Shown piece after piece: positions 22,704 through 35,166 of a stretch of DNA of 64,000 nucleotides. A program made the position numbers and the translations under genes. Position 1 is the stretch's first letter. Each line of letters begins with the position of its first letter. The stretch lies in assembly GCF_013167455.1 (NCBI RefSeq), contig NZ_CP038328.1. One strand, written 5' to 3'. Under the pieces are notes generated by a model. That model worked only from the letters and a program-made list of their open reading frames with translations. It had not been told where the DNA came from and ran no database searches. The DNA is from Escherichia coli O157:H7 (GTDB taxonomy: Bacteria; Pseudomonadota; Gammaproteobacteria; Enterobacterales; Enterobacteriaceae).

Positions 22704-23025
22704 AATAAAATGACAGTCTTCTTATTTATGAGGATTAATTCTCAGATTTGTAAAGTTTAAATCTTAAAAAAATCTATATTTAACGTAATTCTTTACGTTT
22801 TTTCTGGCAGAGCTTTTGCTATAAGGCTTAGAGATGGTTTTCTTAATATCGGGTATGGATACAGCCCACTAGCCGTACCTGTTTATTTGACGTCAAATAA
22901 AATTTTTCAAGCCATTAATATATATACCAATTAAACAAGATTCATTGTAAAAAATTTGAATTATTTTGAATTGGAATATATTTAATAAGTGAGAGTGATA
23001 TTAATTTGTTAAGTTTGAGGTGAAA

Positions 23026-24231
23026 ATGGGATATAAAGTAAAGAAATTCATCATGAGTAGTGGAGAGCGAGGATGCCTGATCCTTGATAAAAAAAGTAAT
23101 CTACCAACTTACTATCAAAATCTATTTCTTACTACAGACATAAGAAATAGAGGCGCAACGGCCTCAACGATGGAAATAGTTGCAACTAACTTACTAATTT
23201 TCAGTAATTTCTTGGATGGTAGGGGAATTGATATAATTGAGAGAGTTGAACTTAAAAAATATCTCAGCGTTGCAGAAATAGATGATCTGGTAAGATATGC
23301 GAAACAAAGATTCGACAGACAAAAAATCATAAATATAAAATCGACAAATTATAGGTTTATTGCGAAGAGAACCTTTAGTTATAGAATACACGTTTTTTCA
23401 CGCTACCTTAAGTGGTTATGTGGATTAGTTCATTCGTCAAAGGGGATTCATGCAAAGTATGAAGTAGACGTATTTATTGAAAGTATCAGAGCACATATTC
23501 CAAGAAACAGTTCATTGAATATGAATGAAATATCTGAAAAATCGTTGAATGAAGAAGAGATCAAAGTGCTTTTCCGTCTATTGGAAATTGGCGGGATTGA
23601 AAACCCTTTCCATAAGGAAGTACAGGTCAGGAACAGACTAATATTTACCTTGCTCTTAAATTTAGGTTTAAGGGCTGGAGAGTTGCTCAATCTTAAAATA
23701 GATGATTTTGATCTCAGAGACAACACTTTAAGTGTAGTCAGAAGACATGATTCAAAAGAAGATGGAAGATCTTATCAACCATTAGTAAAGACTGGAGAAA
23801 GGGTTATTCCGTTATCTGATGAGTTAGCCCGTGAAATTTTTGATTACATAAGCAATAGCAGAGAAAAAATGACAAAAAGGAAAAAGCATAATTTCTTATT
23901 TGTGGCTCATTGCACCGGAAAAAACGCAGGAGAACCCTTAAGCATTTCAGCTTATGAGAAGGTGATATCAACACTGAAACGAGCAAGTCCAGAGCTATAT
24001 AATCTTTCAGGCCATAGGTTAAGGCACTCTTGGAATTATATGTATTCTAAAGGAATAGAAGGTGCTGAATTAGAATATAATAGAAGGAAAGATTTAAGGA
24101 ATTATTTAATGGGTTGGTCAAAGGAGTCAATAATGTGTGATAGATACAACTATAAATATATATCGCAACAAGAGAAGGATGTCGTCCTAAAGGTCTATAA
24201 ATCAGTAAGTAAAATAATTAGTGGAGTTTAG
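23026..24231 (+). CDS. Tyrosine recombinase, first of three tandem genes
   Basis: Catalytic-box motifs visible in translation: LGLRAGELLNL (Arg), VKTGERVIPL (Lys), GHRLRHSWNYMY (H-x-x-R-H), C-terminal RYNYKY (Tyr); AT-rich. Confidence 0.75.
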   Translation: MGYKVKKFIMSSGERGCLILDKKSNLPTYYQNLFLTTDIRNRGATASTMEIVATNLLIFSNFLDGRGIDIIERVELKKYLSVAEIDDLVRYAKQRFDRQKIINIKSTNYRFIAKRTFSYRIHVFSRYLKWLCGLVHSSKGIHAKYEVDVFIESIRAHIPRNSSLNMNEISEKSLNEEEIKVLFRLLEIGGIENPFHKEVQVRNRLIFTLLLNLGLRAGELLNLKIDDFDLRDNTLSVVRRHDSKEDGRSYQPLVKTGERVIPLSDELAREIFDYISNSREKMTKRKKHNFLFVAHCTGKNAGEPLSISAYEKVISTLKRASPELYNLSGHRLRHSWNYMYSKGIEGAELEYNRRKDLRNYLMGWSKESIMCDRYNYKYISQQEKDVVLKVYKSVSKIISGV

Positions 24232-24232
24232 T

Positions 24233-25546
24233 ATGGAAAACAAATGTATTGAAAGTGAGCAAATCTTTTTTGCTAAGATGAACAGGTATAGTTTCAAACT
24301 GTCAGATAAGAAATGGCAACTGGATAAAGAAAACTGCGTATACCCTCATAAAGTTGTAGATAGAATGCCTACAAAAATGAAACTTAGCTACTTAAAAACA
24401 TTGGCTTACTATGCGTCTGAATATAGTTCTTTTTATATTCAAAGTATTAACAATCTATTTTATGAGTGGTTTGGTGCGATGACTATCGATACTATTGATG
24501 ACAAAGCAATATATCAATTGAATGTTTATTTAGGTTCAGAAAGAAACTACAAACTAAACTTAATTAAGGCTTTCATCATTAAATGGAAAAATCTCAATTA
24601 CCCTGGGGTAGAAGCGACTGCCATTAGAATGCTGGAGAAAATAAAAATCATTCCAAACCAAACAGGAGATGCAGTTAAAAGACGAGATCCAAATAAAGGA
24701 CCTTTAACTGAAGCGGAATTCAATAACATCATTAACGCCGTTGGAAAATTTTATCATGAGAAGAAAATTCAATGCTTTTTGTATTGTTATATCCTTTTGC
24801 TGGCAATAACAGGAAGAAGGCCATTACAATTAATATCTCTAAAAGCTAAAGATCTCATTAAAAATGAGAGAGGGTGCTTTTTGAATGTACCAAAAGTAAA
24901 ACAAAGAAAATGTTTCAGAAAAGAATTTAACATGGTTATGATAGAGCCGTTCTTATATGACAGCTTATCAATGCTAATTAATCAAAATCAGGCGTTTGTT
25001 GAAGATAAATTCAGTGTTGGGATTAGTAACTATAGAGGCGAATTACCAATCTTCATGAATTTAGATAAGATTACGGAAACAAAAAGGATTGAGGATTTTT
25101 TATATGATTTAACAACAGATTTTTTCCATATGAAAAATTCAGTTATGTCAAAACTATTAAAACACTTTCCGTCAAAATTCGATGTTAGGTCAGAAAGGAC
25201 TAACAGCTATATAGAACTTAATGCTAGAAGATTCAGATATACGTTAGGAAGTCGACTGGCTAATGAAGGAGCCTCAATTGAGGTGATTGCTAAAGCGTTA
25301 GATCATAAATCAGTAAACTCTTCTATAATATATATAAAAAATAATCCTGACAACGTTTATGACATCGATAAGAGACTAAGTGCGTTTTTTAACCCCTTAT
25401 CTAATATACTTATGGGCATAGAGATTGAAGAAAACAAGAACTTTTTTATCAAGTTTGTTTCAGATGCATTTTTCTTATTGGAAGATACGAAAGAGGATTT
25501 GAAATGTTTAACGTGTAAAAAATTCAATCCCTGGAGAGCATTATGA
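24233..25546 (+). CDS. Tyrosine recombinase, second of three tandem genes
   Basis: Starts 2 nt after the upstream stop with GGAG Shine-Dalgarno; motifs ITGRRPLQLISLK, RRFRYTLGSRLA, ALDHKSVNSSIIYIK. Confidence 0.75.
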   Translation: MENKCIESEQIFFAKMNRYSFKLSDKKWQLDKENCVYPHKVVDRMPTKMKLSYLKTLAYYASEYSSFYIQSINNLFYEWFGAMTIDTIDDKAIYQLNVYLGSERNYKLNLIKAFIIKWKNLNYPGVEATAIRMLEKIKIIPNQTGDAVKRRDPNKGPLTEAEFNNIINAVGKFYHEKKIQCFLYCYILLLAITGRRPLQLISLKAKDLIKNERGCFLNVPKVKQRKCFRKEFNMVMIEPFLYDSLSMLINQNQAFVEDKFSVGISNYRGELPIFMNLDKITETKRIEDFLYDLTTDFFHMKNSVMSKLLKHFPSKFDVRSERTNSYIELNARRFRYTLGSRLANEGASIEVIAKALDHKSVNSSIIYIKNNPDNVYDIDKRLSAFFNPLSNILMGIEIEENKNFFIKFVSDAFFLLEDTKEDLKCLTCKKFNPWRAL

Positions 25547-27174
25547 ACAATATATTTATTTTTGAACCAAGCAATAAAAACAACCCTCTCGATAATGTTA
25601 TTAAGTTTATCGAGTTTTGTAAGAGTACTATTTCTAATAATAATTTAACAACTTCATGGGAAAGCAATAAATGGAAAGGTTTATATAGGTTTACTAAGTT
25701 TAACTCAAAAAACAACCTAAACAGCAAGGAGTGCTTAGATGATAGCTTTATTAATTTTGCTAAAGCATATATGTTGCATGTGCATTCATTCAATAAATCT
25801 AAGACGAAACACTCAACATTATCAATGTTGAAGATTGTCGAATTCGTTTTACTTAAAATCAATATGGAAGCTAATGTAAACTATTGCAACAATTCAATCT
25901 ATGATGAATGCATAAGGATAGCCTCTGAAAAGTATTCTAAAGCACATGCATTTGCTATTGGGAAAGAACTTGAGAAATTGAGTTCATTTTTAAATGATAA
26001 TAGGATGACTAACTCATTTTATTTATTTTGGGTAAATCCAATTAGGTATAGGATTACTCAGTCTTGGACTGGTTATGATTCTTCACTGGAAGGCCATTCT
26101 AGATTGCCTGATATCAAATCAGTTATTGCGATTGCTGAGATTTTTTCAAAGCGGGATGAACAATTATCGTCAAGAGATATATTTACTACATCTGTGCTTG
26201 CTTTACTTATGTGTGCACCGAGTAGGATATCGGAAATTTTAGCTTTGCCAGCGGATTGTGAAATCACAGAATGTGATGGAAAGGGCATTCAAAGATACGG
26301 TTTAAGATTTTTTTCAGCAAAAGGGTATGAAGGCAATATAAAATGGATTCCAACTTTAATGATACCTGTAGCTAAAAAGGCTATTAGCAGATTAAAAGAA
26401 TTATCAAGTCAAGCGAGGTTATTGGCTGCTGAAATTCAAAAGAATTACTCTAATTCAACGAAGGGAACCCTTAAAGAAAATATACCTCCTGATCTCTTTT
26501 GGTATGATAGAGAGAAGAAAATCAAATATTCTAATGCGCTTTGCTTGTTAACTGAAGGACAGTTAAATCAAAATAAAAAGGAAATGTCAGATAAATTATT
26601 CAGACCTACAACGAATTTTTTTAAAACTGATATCATTGATTCTGATTATATAAAAGGGTATTTTAATGTTTTTAAAAGACATGGTTATATAAATGAAGAT
26701 GGTAGCCCATATTTGCTAAGAACACATCAACTAAGGCATCTTCTCAACACATTTGCTCAAATAAATGGTATGGATGAATTTAGTATTGCTCGCTGGTCTG
26801 GACGTAAGCTTATTTCTCAAAATGTTTCTTATGACCACAGATCGCATCTTCAAATGTCTAAAGCAATAAGAGAAAAAAAGTTATCAGTATGTGTTAATGA
26901 GCACAGAATAAAGGATATTCCAGTAGTGGATCTTAATGAGTTTGACTCACTTAGTAGTGGTGCAGTACTTGTATCAAAACATGGCTACTGCAAGCACTCA
27001 TATGCGTTTAAGCCGTGTGATAATTATCCAATTAAGAACTCTGGTTTAGATAACGAAACGATTTCAAATATCCACGATAAAATTTTAAAAAGAACACTGT
27101 ATGATAAAAATGATGGGAACATAAATGCTGATAAATGGTATGAATTCCATAAAAAAATAAAAAAAGGAGAATAA
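25543..27174 (+). CDS. Tyrosine recombinase, third of three tandem genes (543 aa)
   Basis: ATGA start/stop overlap with the upstream gene; motifs CAPSRISEILAL, LRTHQLRHLLNTF, WSGRK...NVSYDH. Confidence 0.75.
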   Translation: MNNIFIFEPSNKNNPLDNVIKFIEFCKSTISNNNLTTSWESNKWKGLYRFTKFNSKNNLNSKECLDDSFINFAKAYMLHVHSFNKSKTKHSTLSMLKIVEFVLLKINMEANVNYCNNSIYDECIRIASEKYSKAHAFAIGKELEKLSSFLNDNRMTNSFYLFWVNPIRYRITQSWTGYDSSLEGHSRLPDIKSVIAIAEIFSKRDEQLSSRDIFTTSVLALLMCAPSRISEILALPADCEITECDGKGIQRYGLRFFSAKGYEGNIKWIPTLMIPVAKKAISRLKELSSQARLLAAEIQKNYSNSTKGTLKENIPPDLFWYDREKKIKYSNALCLLTEGQLNQNKKEMSDKLFRPTTNFFKTDIIDSDYIKGYFNVFKRHGYINEDGSPYLLRTHQLRHLLNTFAQINGMDEFSIARWSGRKLISQNVSYDHRSHLQMSKAIREKKLSVCVNEHRIKDIPVVDLNEFDSLSSGAVLVSKHGYCKHSYAFKPCDNYPIKNSGLDNETISNIHDKILKRTLYDKNDGNINADKWYEFHKKIKKGE

Positions 27175-27573
27175 ATGGCTAAGCATATAAATGGTTATCA
27201 TGAGAAGAAGATTGTAGATGTTATTAACACATGGTCTATAGATGAAAAACTAACCTGGAATGCTTTGTGCGATAGGTTAGTCAGGGTTATTGGGAAAAGA
27301 CCATCAAGACAATCCTTAAGTAGTCATGTAAGGATTGCGGAAAGCTTCAATGTGAAAAAAACCACAATCAAATCTGGTGTAATACACACTGTAAAACCTG
27401 CTAATTTAAAAGTGGCTTCTCAACGAATTAAAAGACTTGAAGCAGAAAATGAAGCTTTGAAGGCATTAAATGAACGCTATTTAGAGCAGTTCAAAGTATG
27501 GCTTTATAATGCTCACCTTAAACAAATAACGATTGAAGAACTTAATAATCCGTTACCTGCAAAATACCTTTAA
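27175..27573 (+). CDS. Small 132-aa protein with C-terminal coiled coil, translationally coupled to the recombinase trio (TnpC-like position)
   Basis: ATG directly abuts the TAA of the upstream gene; helical RIKRLEAENEALKALNERYLEQ segment. Confidence 0.6.
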   Translation: MAKHINGYHEKKIVDVINTWSIDEKLTWNALCDRLVRVIGKRPSRQSLSSHVRIAESFNVKKTTIKSGVIHTVKPANLKVASQRIKRLEAENEALKALNERYLEQFKVWLYNAHLKQITIEELNNPLPAKYL

Positions 27574-27613
27574 TAAAATTGATAGGTTTTAGCTATTGAC
27601 ATGGTGAAATATT

Positions 27614-28084
27614 ATGTTATTTATTTTCTTGTCAGGACGACAAAATTTCACTATTGCAAGGATGCATATTATGGACAAAACAAATATTAACTTAATGGAA
27701 AGGTATCTTCTTCTGCTTGATCGATTCGTTGATAAACTCGCTGAATCAGGTTTCTCAGAGCAACGAATTATCGAACAATCATATCTTTTTTGTGCAGGAT
27801 TTTATATCAAATACCAGAGTGGTATAGAAAAAATGACCTTCTCCAACAGGGAGGTTGTTTTAACCTTTCTGCTACTTTCATATTATAGTCATATAAATAA
27901 ACTGGATGATGATTTGATCAACAAAGAGCGTATGAAGCATGTATGTTCTTCATTGATTAACTTTATAGTCAGTAATGGTAGCCGAACAGAGAAAGTCTAT
28001 GCTAATGAGAAAAGGAAATATGAGGCTTCAACTCTAAAAAGAGAATTATCGAAAAAGGATAAAAGGAAAAGATATAGGTTGTAG
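27614..28084 (+). CDS. Hypothetical 156-aa protein, Lys/Arg-rich C-terminus
   Basis: ORF in AT-rich DNA downstream of the recombinase module; start uncertain (27614 or 27665). Confidence 0.45.
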   Translation: MLFIFLSGRQNFTIARMHIMDKTNINLMERYLLLLDRFVDKLAESGFSEQRIIEQSYLFCAGFYIKYQSGIEKMTFSNREVVLTFLLLSYYSHINKLDDDLINKERMKHVCSSLINFIVSNGSRTEKVYANEKRKYEASTLKRELSKKDKRKRYRL

Positions 28085-28479
28085 TGTTTGTATGATTTTC
28101 ATTAGACTTACTTAATCTATAGTCTAAATTTTAATATTAGATTCGTAAATCTATAATTCCATGAATCTAATTAATGCTTAAAAGCATCCTCTAAGATGCT
28201 TTTACTGTTACCATGCATACATACCCAGAACCTTTAACAAACGATAATAGAGGGGAGTTGTGTATAACAACTCCCTGACCTTACTAAGGTTAGCGATGTT
28301 ATTCAGCATCATTCTGTCAAAGATTTAATTTCTTTGAAAAATACTAATTCTACCCCTTAAGTTAATAACTTCTGCTTGATCGTGTATTTTGGTAAGTTGG
28401 AGTACAATTTTTTGATTGGATCGTCAATAAGAAAAAGCTAGAATCCTTAGAAGGACATAGATTTTCATAGGGTTAAGAT

Positions 28480-29778
<1,299 letters not shown>

Positions 29779-29801
29779 TTTATGTTTCTGTAAAAAGCCC
29801 G

Positions 29802-29835
29802 TAGGTATCAACTGCGGGCTAAATTTTCCCTTGAT
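29802..29835 (+). terminator. Rho-independent terminator after the PE-repeat gene
   Basis: agcccg...cgggct hairpin followed by aaatttt. Confidence 0.5.
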
Positions 29836-29853
29836 GCTGGTTTTGTCTTTTAT

Positions 29854-30249
29854 CTAAAAAATGCCAGTCTTCACGTTGCTTGTTCCAGCATTAAAGATGT
29901 ATGTGCTGACTTTTTCGCCTTTGAAAGAAACTGTCAGAGATTTAGTTTGTGAGTCTGCGCCACCTGCAAGCAGTCCCACAACGGGGATGAAAGAGGTTGC
30001 TTTGGACTGGCTGTTATACATAGTGTATGACCATTGTTCTTCACCATCGATCAAAGAACGGCTGTCAGGTTCACCGAACGATGCTAACACGTCCTGTTTT
30101 GTAGTTTTGCCTTTAACAATTTTGGTTTTCACACTTTCCTGCGTCTCATTTTTCAATGACTGGTTGCCTACTGAAGAACAACCTGCCAAGGTCAGAAAAA
30201 CGAATCTATATGAGAGTTTTTTGTACCTGAGACTAAATCGCCCTCCCAA
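29854..30249 (-). CDS. Putative lipoprotein; 5' end overlaps the IS30 remnant, native start possibly lost
   Basis: Lipobox LTLAGCSS after a hydrophobic stretch; ORF-track start is TTG; the first ~13 codons lie inside IS30-derived sequence. Confidence 0.45.
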   Translation of the reverse strand: MGGRFSLRYKKLSYRFVFLTLAGCSSVGNQSLKNETQESVKTKIVKGKTTKQDVLASFGEPDSRSLIDGEEQWSYTMYNSQSKATSFIPVVGLLAGGADSQTKSLTVSFKGEKVSTYIFNAGTSNVKTGIF

Positions 30250-30947
30250 TGCCCTAGAGAGCGTCTGTTATCGATATTTCGGGAACGTTCGTGAATTGGT
30301 GTTCCGTTCACTATGTTAATCGTACCTCTTTCGCCTTTGCGGGTATGACGCCTGCCATGGCGAAGGCTATGCGACCGTCGCAGATGCTGTATATTCAGGT
30401 GGTGTAGCGCTTCACGGCTACGAAAGTACAGCGTTTTATAAATTGTCTCAGGTGATATTCGCAGCGTTTTTTGACGTGGTTTTGTTCGCCTTAACCATCC
30501 TGATATTTGCTCTGGAGACCATTTCATCTCCAGCTTTTCCAGAACAAGCTTTCGCAATGGTAAATTTTGATCCAGTAAGCACGGTTTTGGCCTTTTCGCC
30601 ATTCTGTTGGCTCGGTTATTAGCATCAACAGCTTTGTAATAGCGTCTGCCCCGATTACGCTGAACTTCACGTGAGATCGTCGAAGGACTGCGATTCAGCG
30701 CAGTAGCTATCGCACGAATGCTCATTTTGGCTGACAAACCAGCTCGTATCTCCTCGCGCTCAGACAGTGTCAGGTGAGCTACAGCCCGCTTACGCTCATG
30801 GGGTTTTATGCCGCCAGTATCCCTTAACATAGTGAAGATCGTTCCGGGTTTTGAACCCAGGATATTCGCTATTTCACTGAAGCCTGTTCCGTTCTTCCAT
30901 AGTTCAAAAACAGAGGCTTTTTCCTCTGCTGTAAATGTTCGTCTCAT
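30192..30947 (-). pseudogene. IS30 transposase, C-terminally truncated (about 246 of 383 aa)
   Basis: MRRTFTAEEKASVFELWKNGTGFSEIANILG...HWEGDLVSGTKNSHI then unrelated DSFF-stop. Confidence 0.8.
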
Positions 30948-31009
30948 TCAAAAAACCTCCGCAACCCCATGTTTTCACATAACTGTTGCGTTGACCAATT
31001 GAATCTACA
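30207..31009 (-). mobile_element. IS30 remnant (left inverted repeat plus 5' two-thirds of transposase)
   Basis: Terminal sequence TGTAGATTCAATTGGTCAACGCAACAGTTATGTGAAA (minus strand, ending at 31009); transposase translation matches remembered IS30 InsI up to ...GTKNSHI, then diverges. Confidence 0.8.
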
Positions 31010-31024
31010 GTGGTCTGTTTTAAT

Positions 31025-31094
31025 ATTTCTATTTCTATTTCTATTTCTATTTCTATTTCTATTTCTATTTCTATTTCTATTTCTATTTCTATTT
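31025..31094 (+). repeat. (ATTTCT)n hexanucleotide microsatellite, about 12 units
   Basis: Perfect tandem repeat beginning 16 nt outside the IS30 terminus. Confidence 0.95.
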
Positions 31095-31288
31095 GTTGTG
31101 ATTTTTTCTTTAGTTCATGTATTTCGATTTGTTTCTGAATTATCGGGGGTAGTGTCTTCCCTTTTCCCTGAGGCTTATCATGCAGTTATTTTCGCCATCT
31201 TGGTATTGTGGAAATACCGACATCCATAGCTTTGGTGAGCTCTGTTCAGGTGGCCAAATTCAGAAAACCATTACGGAGGAAGAAGGCG

Positions 31289-31855
31289 ATGGCTAAACCA
31301 GCGCGAAGACGATGTAACCGTAAAAGAGAAGATTTAACTGTTAAAAGGATATTTGAGTTACTAAGTTTCGATAAATCTACCGGGGTATTTAGATGGAAAG
31401 TTCCCACTCAGGGAAGGATAGCATTAAATAGTGTTGCTGGAGCTTTTGATTCCAACGGTTATTCAATGATCATGATAGATGGGCGTAGATATAAAACTCA
31501 CGTCTTAGTTTTTTACATAACTCATAATCGTTGGCCTGCTGGTCAAATTGACCACGTTAATGGAATTAGGACCGACAATAGGCCAGAAAGTTTAAGAGAA
31601 TGCCTGCCAATAGAAAATTCAAGAAATATAAGGATCCGAAAGAATAGCAAATCAGGTTGCAGAGGGGTTACTTGGCACAAACGACAGAAAAAATGGAATG
31701 TTAGGCTAGGATTCCATGGCAAGAGTAAACACTTCGGATGCTTTGATGATCTGGAGTTAGCGGTACTAGTTGCTGAAGAAGCCCGAGATAAGTATTACGG
31801 TGATTTTTCCGGCAACGAAAGGAGCACTTATGCGAATCTATCGAAGGAAATGTAA
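31289..31855 (+). CDS. HNH endonuclease with AP2 DNA-binding domain (phage homing-endonuclease-like)
   Basis: ATG with GGAGGA Shine-Dalgarno; HNH motif [18 protein letters not shown] and AP2-like [31 protein letters not shown]. Confidence 0.65.
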   Translation: MAKPARRRCNRKREDLTVKRIFELLSFDKSTGVFRWKVPTQGRIALNSVAGAFDSNGYSMIMIDGRRYKTHVLVFYITHNRWPAGQIDHVNGIRTDNRPESLRECLPIENSRNIRIRKNSKSGCRGVTWHKRQKKWNVRLGFHGKSKHFGCFDDLELAVLVAEEARDKYYGDFSGNERSTYANLSKEM

Positions 31856-32441
31856 ATGTTGCAATGAATGGTTTATACCAAAATATCAAAATCAATATTG
31901 GTGTAATGAGATTTGTGGAACCAAGATAGCACTCGAACGACGAAGTAAAGAACGCGAAAAAGCGGAAAAGGCAGAAAAGGCAGCAGAGAAGAAACGACGA
32001 CGAGAGGAGCAGAAACAGAAAGATAAACTTAAGATTCAAAAACTCGCCTTAAAGCCCCGCAGTTACTGGATTAAACAAGCCCAACAAGCCGTACACGCCT
32101 TCATCAGAGAAAGAGACCGCGACTTACCATGTATCTCGTGCGGAACGCTCACGTCTGCTCAGTGGGATGCCGGACATTACCGGACAACTGCTGCGGCACC
32201 TCAACTCCGATTTGATGAACGCAATATTCACAAGCAATGCGTGGTGTGCAACCAGCACAAAAGCGGAAATCTCGTTCCGTATCGCGTCGAACTGATTAGC
32301 CGCATCGGGCAGGAAGCAGTAGAGGAAATCGAATCAAACCATAACCGCTATCGCTGGACTGTCGAAGAGTGCAGGGCCATCAAGGCGGAGTATCAACAGA
32401 AACTTAAAAAACTGCGAAACAGCAGAAGTGAGGTTGCATGA
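31830..32441 (+). CDS. ninG: Lambdoid NinG/Rap-family recombination protein
   Basis: [30 protein letters not shown] zinc-ribbon N-terminus and [12 protein letters not shown] tract typical of NinG. Confidence 0.75.
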   Translation: MRIYRRKCKCCNEWFIPKYQNQYWCNEICGTKIALERRSKEREKAEKAEKAAEKKRRREEQKQKDKLKIQKLALKPRSYWIKQAQQAVHAFIRERDRDLPCISCGTLTSAQWDAGHYRTTAAAPQLRFDERNIHKQCVVCNQHKSGNLVPYRVELISRIGQEAVEEIESNHNRYRWTVEECRAIKAEYQQKLKKLRNSRSEVA

Positions 32442-33103
32442 ATATCTACGAAAGAATTGATGGCAGCAAATACCGAAATATTTGGGTAGTTGGCGATCTG
32501 CACGGATGCTACACGAACCTGATGAAAAAACTGGAGACGATAGGATTCGACACCAAAAAAGACCTGCTTATCTCGGTGGGCGATTTGGTTGATCGCGGTA
32601 CAGAGAACGTAGAATGCCTGGAATTAATCACATTCCCCTGGTTCAGAGCTGTACGTGGAAACCATGAGCAAATGATGATTGATGGCTTATCAGAGCGTGG
32701 AAACGTCAATCACTGGCTGCTTAATGGCGGTGGCTGGTTCTTTAATCTCGATTACGACAAAGAAATTCTGGCTAAAGCTCTTGCCCATAAAGCAGATGAA
32801 CTTCCGTTAATCATCGAACTGGTGAGTAAAGGAAAAAAATATGTCATCTGCCACGCCGATTATCCTTGTGATAAATACGAGTTTGGAAAGCCAGTTGATC
32901 ATCAGCAGGTAATCTGGAACCGCGAACGAATCAGCAACTCACAAGACGGGATCGTGAAAGAAATCAAAGGCGCGGACACGTTCATCTTTGGTCATACGCC
33001 AGCAGTGAAACCACTCAAATTTGCCAACCAGATGTATATCGATACTGGCGCAGTGTTCTGCGGAAACCTCACATTGATTCAGGTACAGGGAGAAGGCGCA
33101 TGA
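32438..33103 (+). CDS. Lambdoid Ser/Thr protein phosphatase (NinI / PP-lambda family)
   Basis: Metallophosphatase motifs GDLHG, GDLVDRG, GNHE; ATGA overlap with ninG. Confidence 0.8.
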   Translation: MNIYERIDGSKYRNIWVVGDLHGCYTNLMKKLETIGFDTKKDLLISVGDLVDRGTENVECLELITFPWFRAVRGNHEQMMIDGLSERGNVNHWLLNGGGWFFNLDYDKEILAKALAHKADELPLIIELVSKGKKYVICHADYPCDKYEFGKPVDHQQVIWNRERISNSQDGIVKEIKGADTFIFGHTPAVKPLKFANQMYIDTGAVFCGNLTLIQVQGEGA

Positions 33104-33723
33104 GACTCGAAAGCGTAGCTAAATTTCATTCGCCAAAAAGCCCGATGATGAGCGACTCACCACGGGCCACGGCTTCTGACTCTCTTTCCGGTACTGATGT
33201 GATGGCTGCTATGGGGATGGCGCAATCACAAGCCGGATTCGGAATGGCTGTATTCTGTGGTAAGCACGAACTCAGCCAGAACGACAAACAAAAGGCTATC
33301 AACTATCTGATGCAATTTGCACACAAGGTATCGGGGAAATACCGTGGCGTGGCAAAGCTTGAAGGAAATACTAAGGCAAAGGTACTGCAAGTGCTCGCAA
33401 CATTCGCTTATGCGGATTATTGCCGTAGTGCCGCTACGCCGGGCGCAAGATGCAGAGATTGCCACGGTACAGGCCGTGCGGTTGATATAGCCAAAACAGA
33501 GCAGTGGGGGATAGTTGCTGAGAAAGAGTGCGGAAGATGTAAAGGCGTCGGTTATTCAAGAATGCCAGCAAGCGCCGCATATCGCGCTGTGACGATGCTA
33601 ATCCCAAACCTTACCCAACCCACCTGGTCACGCACTGTTAAGCCGCTGTATGACGCTCTGGTTGTGCAATGCCACAAGGAAGAGTCAATCGCAGACAACA
33701 TTTTGAATGCGATCACACGTTAG
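33100..33723 (+). CDS. Late-gene antitermination protein Q
   Basis: 207-aa ORF at the canonical position after the nin genes; Cys-rich motifs [10 protein letters not shown] and CGRCKGVGY. Confidence 0.7.
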   Translation: MRLESVAKFHSPKSPMMSDSPRATASDSLSGTDVMAAMGMAQSQAGFGMAVFCGKHELSQNDKQKAINYLMQFAHKVSGKYRGVAKLEGNTKAKVLQVLATFAYADYCRSAATPGARCRDCHGTGRAVDIAKTEQWGIVAEKECGRCKGVGYSRMPASAAYRAVTMLIPNLTQPTWSRTVKPLYDALVVQCHKEESIADNILNAITR

Positions 33724-33960
33724 CGCCATGATTGCCACGGATGGCAACATATTAACGGCATAATATTGACTTTTTGAATAACTTTGGGGAAACTTGACAC
33801 CAATAATGGGCGTTTTTTACATGTCATTGATGAGTCTCAATAACCTGCCGCCGAGTAGTTTTTATGCTCTGAATTGTATTTGTGTAGTAAACATGCTGAC
33901 TGCAATGTAATAGAGTTTTTTTAGCCTGTAACCTCTTGACGGCATTGAATTGCTTTTGTT

Positions 33961-34719
33961 ATGAGTTGTAAGCCAATGTTATCATCTTGTATTGGGGTGG
34001 TTATGAAGGATGGTGCGCTGCTCAGGAGTTCTTCACTTTTTATTGCCTACATGGGATGCCTTGGATGGGGGAGTGCTTATTTCTATGGATGGGGTACTTC
34101 TTTTTACTACGGCTTCCCATGGTGGATTGTAGGTGCAGGTGTTGATGATGTTGCCAGAAGTTTATTTTTTGCAGTTATCGTCATTGCTATATTTCTTATC
34201 GGTTGGGGTATTGGTGTTGTATTCTTTTTCGCAGTGAAAAGAAAACATTCTATGCAAGAGCTAAATGTATTTCGCCTTTATTTTGCTGTGGAATTATTGT
34301 TTGTGCCGGCAATTATTGAGTTTTCTATATTGAGACAGAAGATTCAGGTACCTCTTTTGCTACTGTCAGCAGCGATTGCGCTGGCGGTCACAATTTCGAT
34401 AAGATCTTATGGGCGATTTTTATCGGTATCATGCTTCTATGATAAGCCATTTATAAAAAAACATTTTTTTGAGATTGTGATGATTGCTTTTGTGGCATAT
34501 TTCTGGCTTTTTTCATTTCTGACAGGATATTACAAACCGCAGTTTAAGAAAGAATATGAAATGATTAATTATAATGATGGTTGGTATTATGTTCTTGCTC
34601 GTTATGATAATTGTCTGGTTTTGTCTACTTCTTTCAATGCAGGTAGTAAAAGGTTTGTGATTTATCAATCAGCACAAGATAAGAATCTTCAGGTTGATAT
34701 TGTAAGGACCAGAATTTAA
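33961..34719 (+). CDS. Polytopic membrane protein of unknown function at the Q-downstream cargo position
   Basis: 252-aa ORF with several hydrophobic helices rich in W/F/Y/G and a hydrophilic C-terminal tail; AT-rich; occupies the interval where stx lies in Stx phages. Confidence 0.5.
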   Translation: MSCKPMLSSCIGVVMKDGALLRSSSLFIAYMGCLGWGSAYFYGWGTSFYYGFPWWIVGAGVDDVARSLFFAVIVIAIFLIGWGIGVVFFFAVKRKHSMQELNVFRLYFAVELLFVPAIIEFSILRQKIQVPLLLLSAAIALAVTISIRSYGRFLSVSCFYDKPFIKKHFFEIVMIAFVAYFWLFSFLTGYYKPQFKKEYEMINYNDGWYYVLARYDNCLVLSTSFNAGSKRFVIYQSAQDKNLQVDIVRTRI

Positions 34720-35139
34720 TTGGCTGCATAAATAATATTTTAAGTTGCAAGTTGGCTATTCGTAGGAATAGAACCTTAGGCATGCTGAATGCGTTTTCTG
34801 AACATTGTTTTATAAACTGTGTCTGCTTGCTGTTGTGATCCTGCTTTTAGTGATGGTGATGATGGATTTCACCAGCAGGATAATGTTGGTACTGACTGAT
34901 GGCGCTCTGGTCTGCGGCATTGTGGTATTGCTGTGGCCGGTGATAAAAAGAAACAGCCTGCATAATGCTTGATTTTTTTGTTTACTGTTTATTAAAAATA
35001 CTACTGCATGGTGAATCCCCCTGTGCGGAGGGGCAATCAGCAACCAGGTATATGTGATAATCGCGGATTCAGGTGCTGATACTGAATTCACCGGGAGGCA
35101 CCCGGCACCATGCAAGAAAAAGAATGTGCATGCAAACAT

Positions 35140-35166
35140 GCCCCTCTCCGGAGGGGCATTTTTTAT
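35140..35166 (+). terminator. Rho-independent terminator in the Q-to-nanS-p intergenic region
   Basis: gcccctc-tccg-gaggggc hairpin followed by atttttta. Confidence 0.6.

Noticed and set aside
30969-31229. 86-aa ORF encoding LFLFLF
   Set aside because: Artefact of translating the (ATTTCT)n microsatellite; no start context
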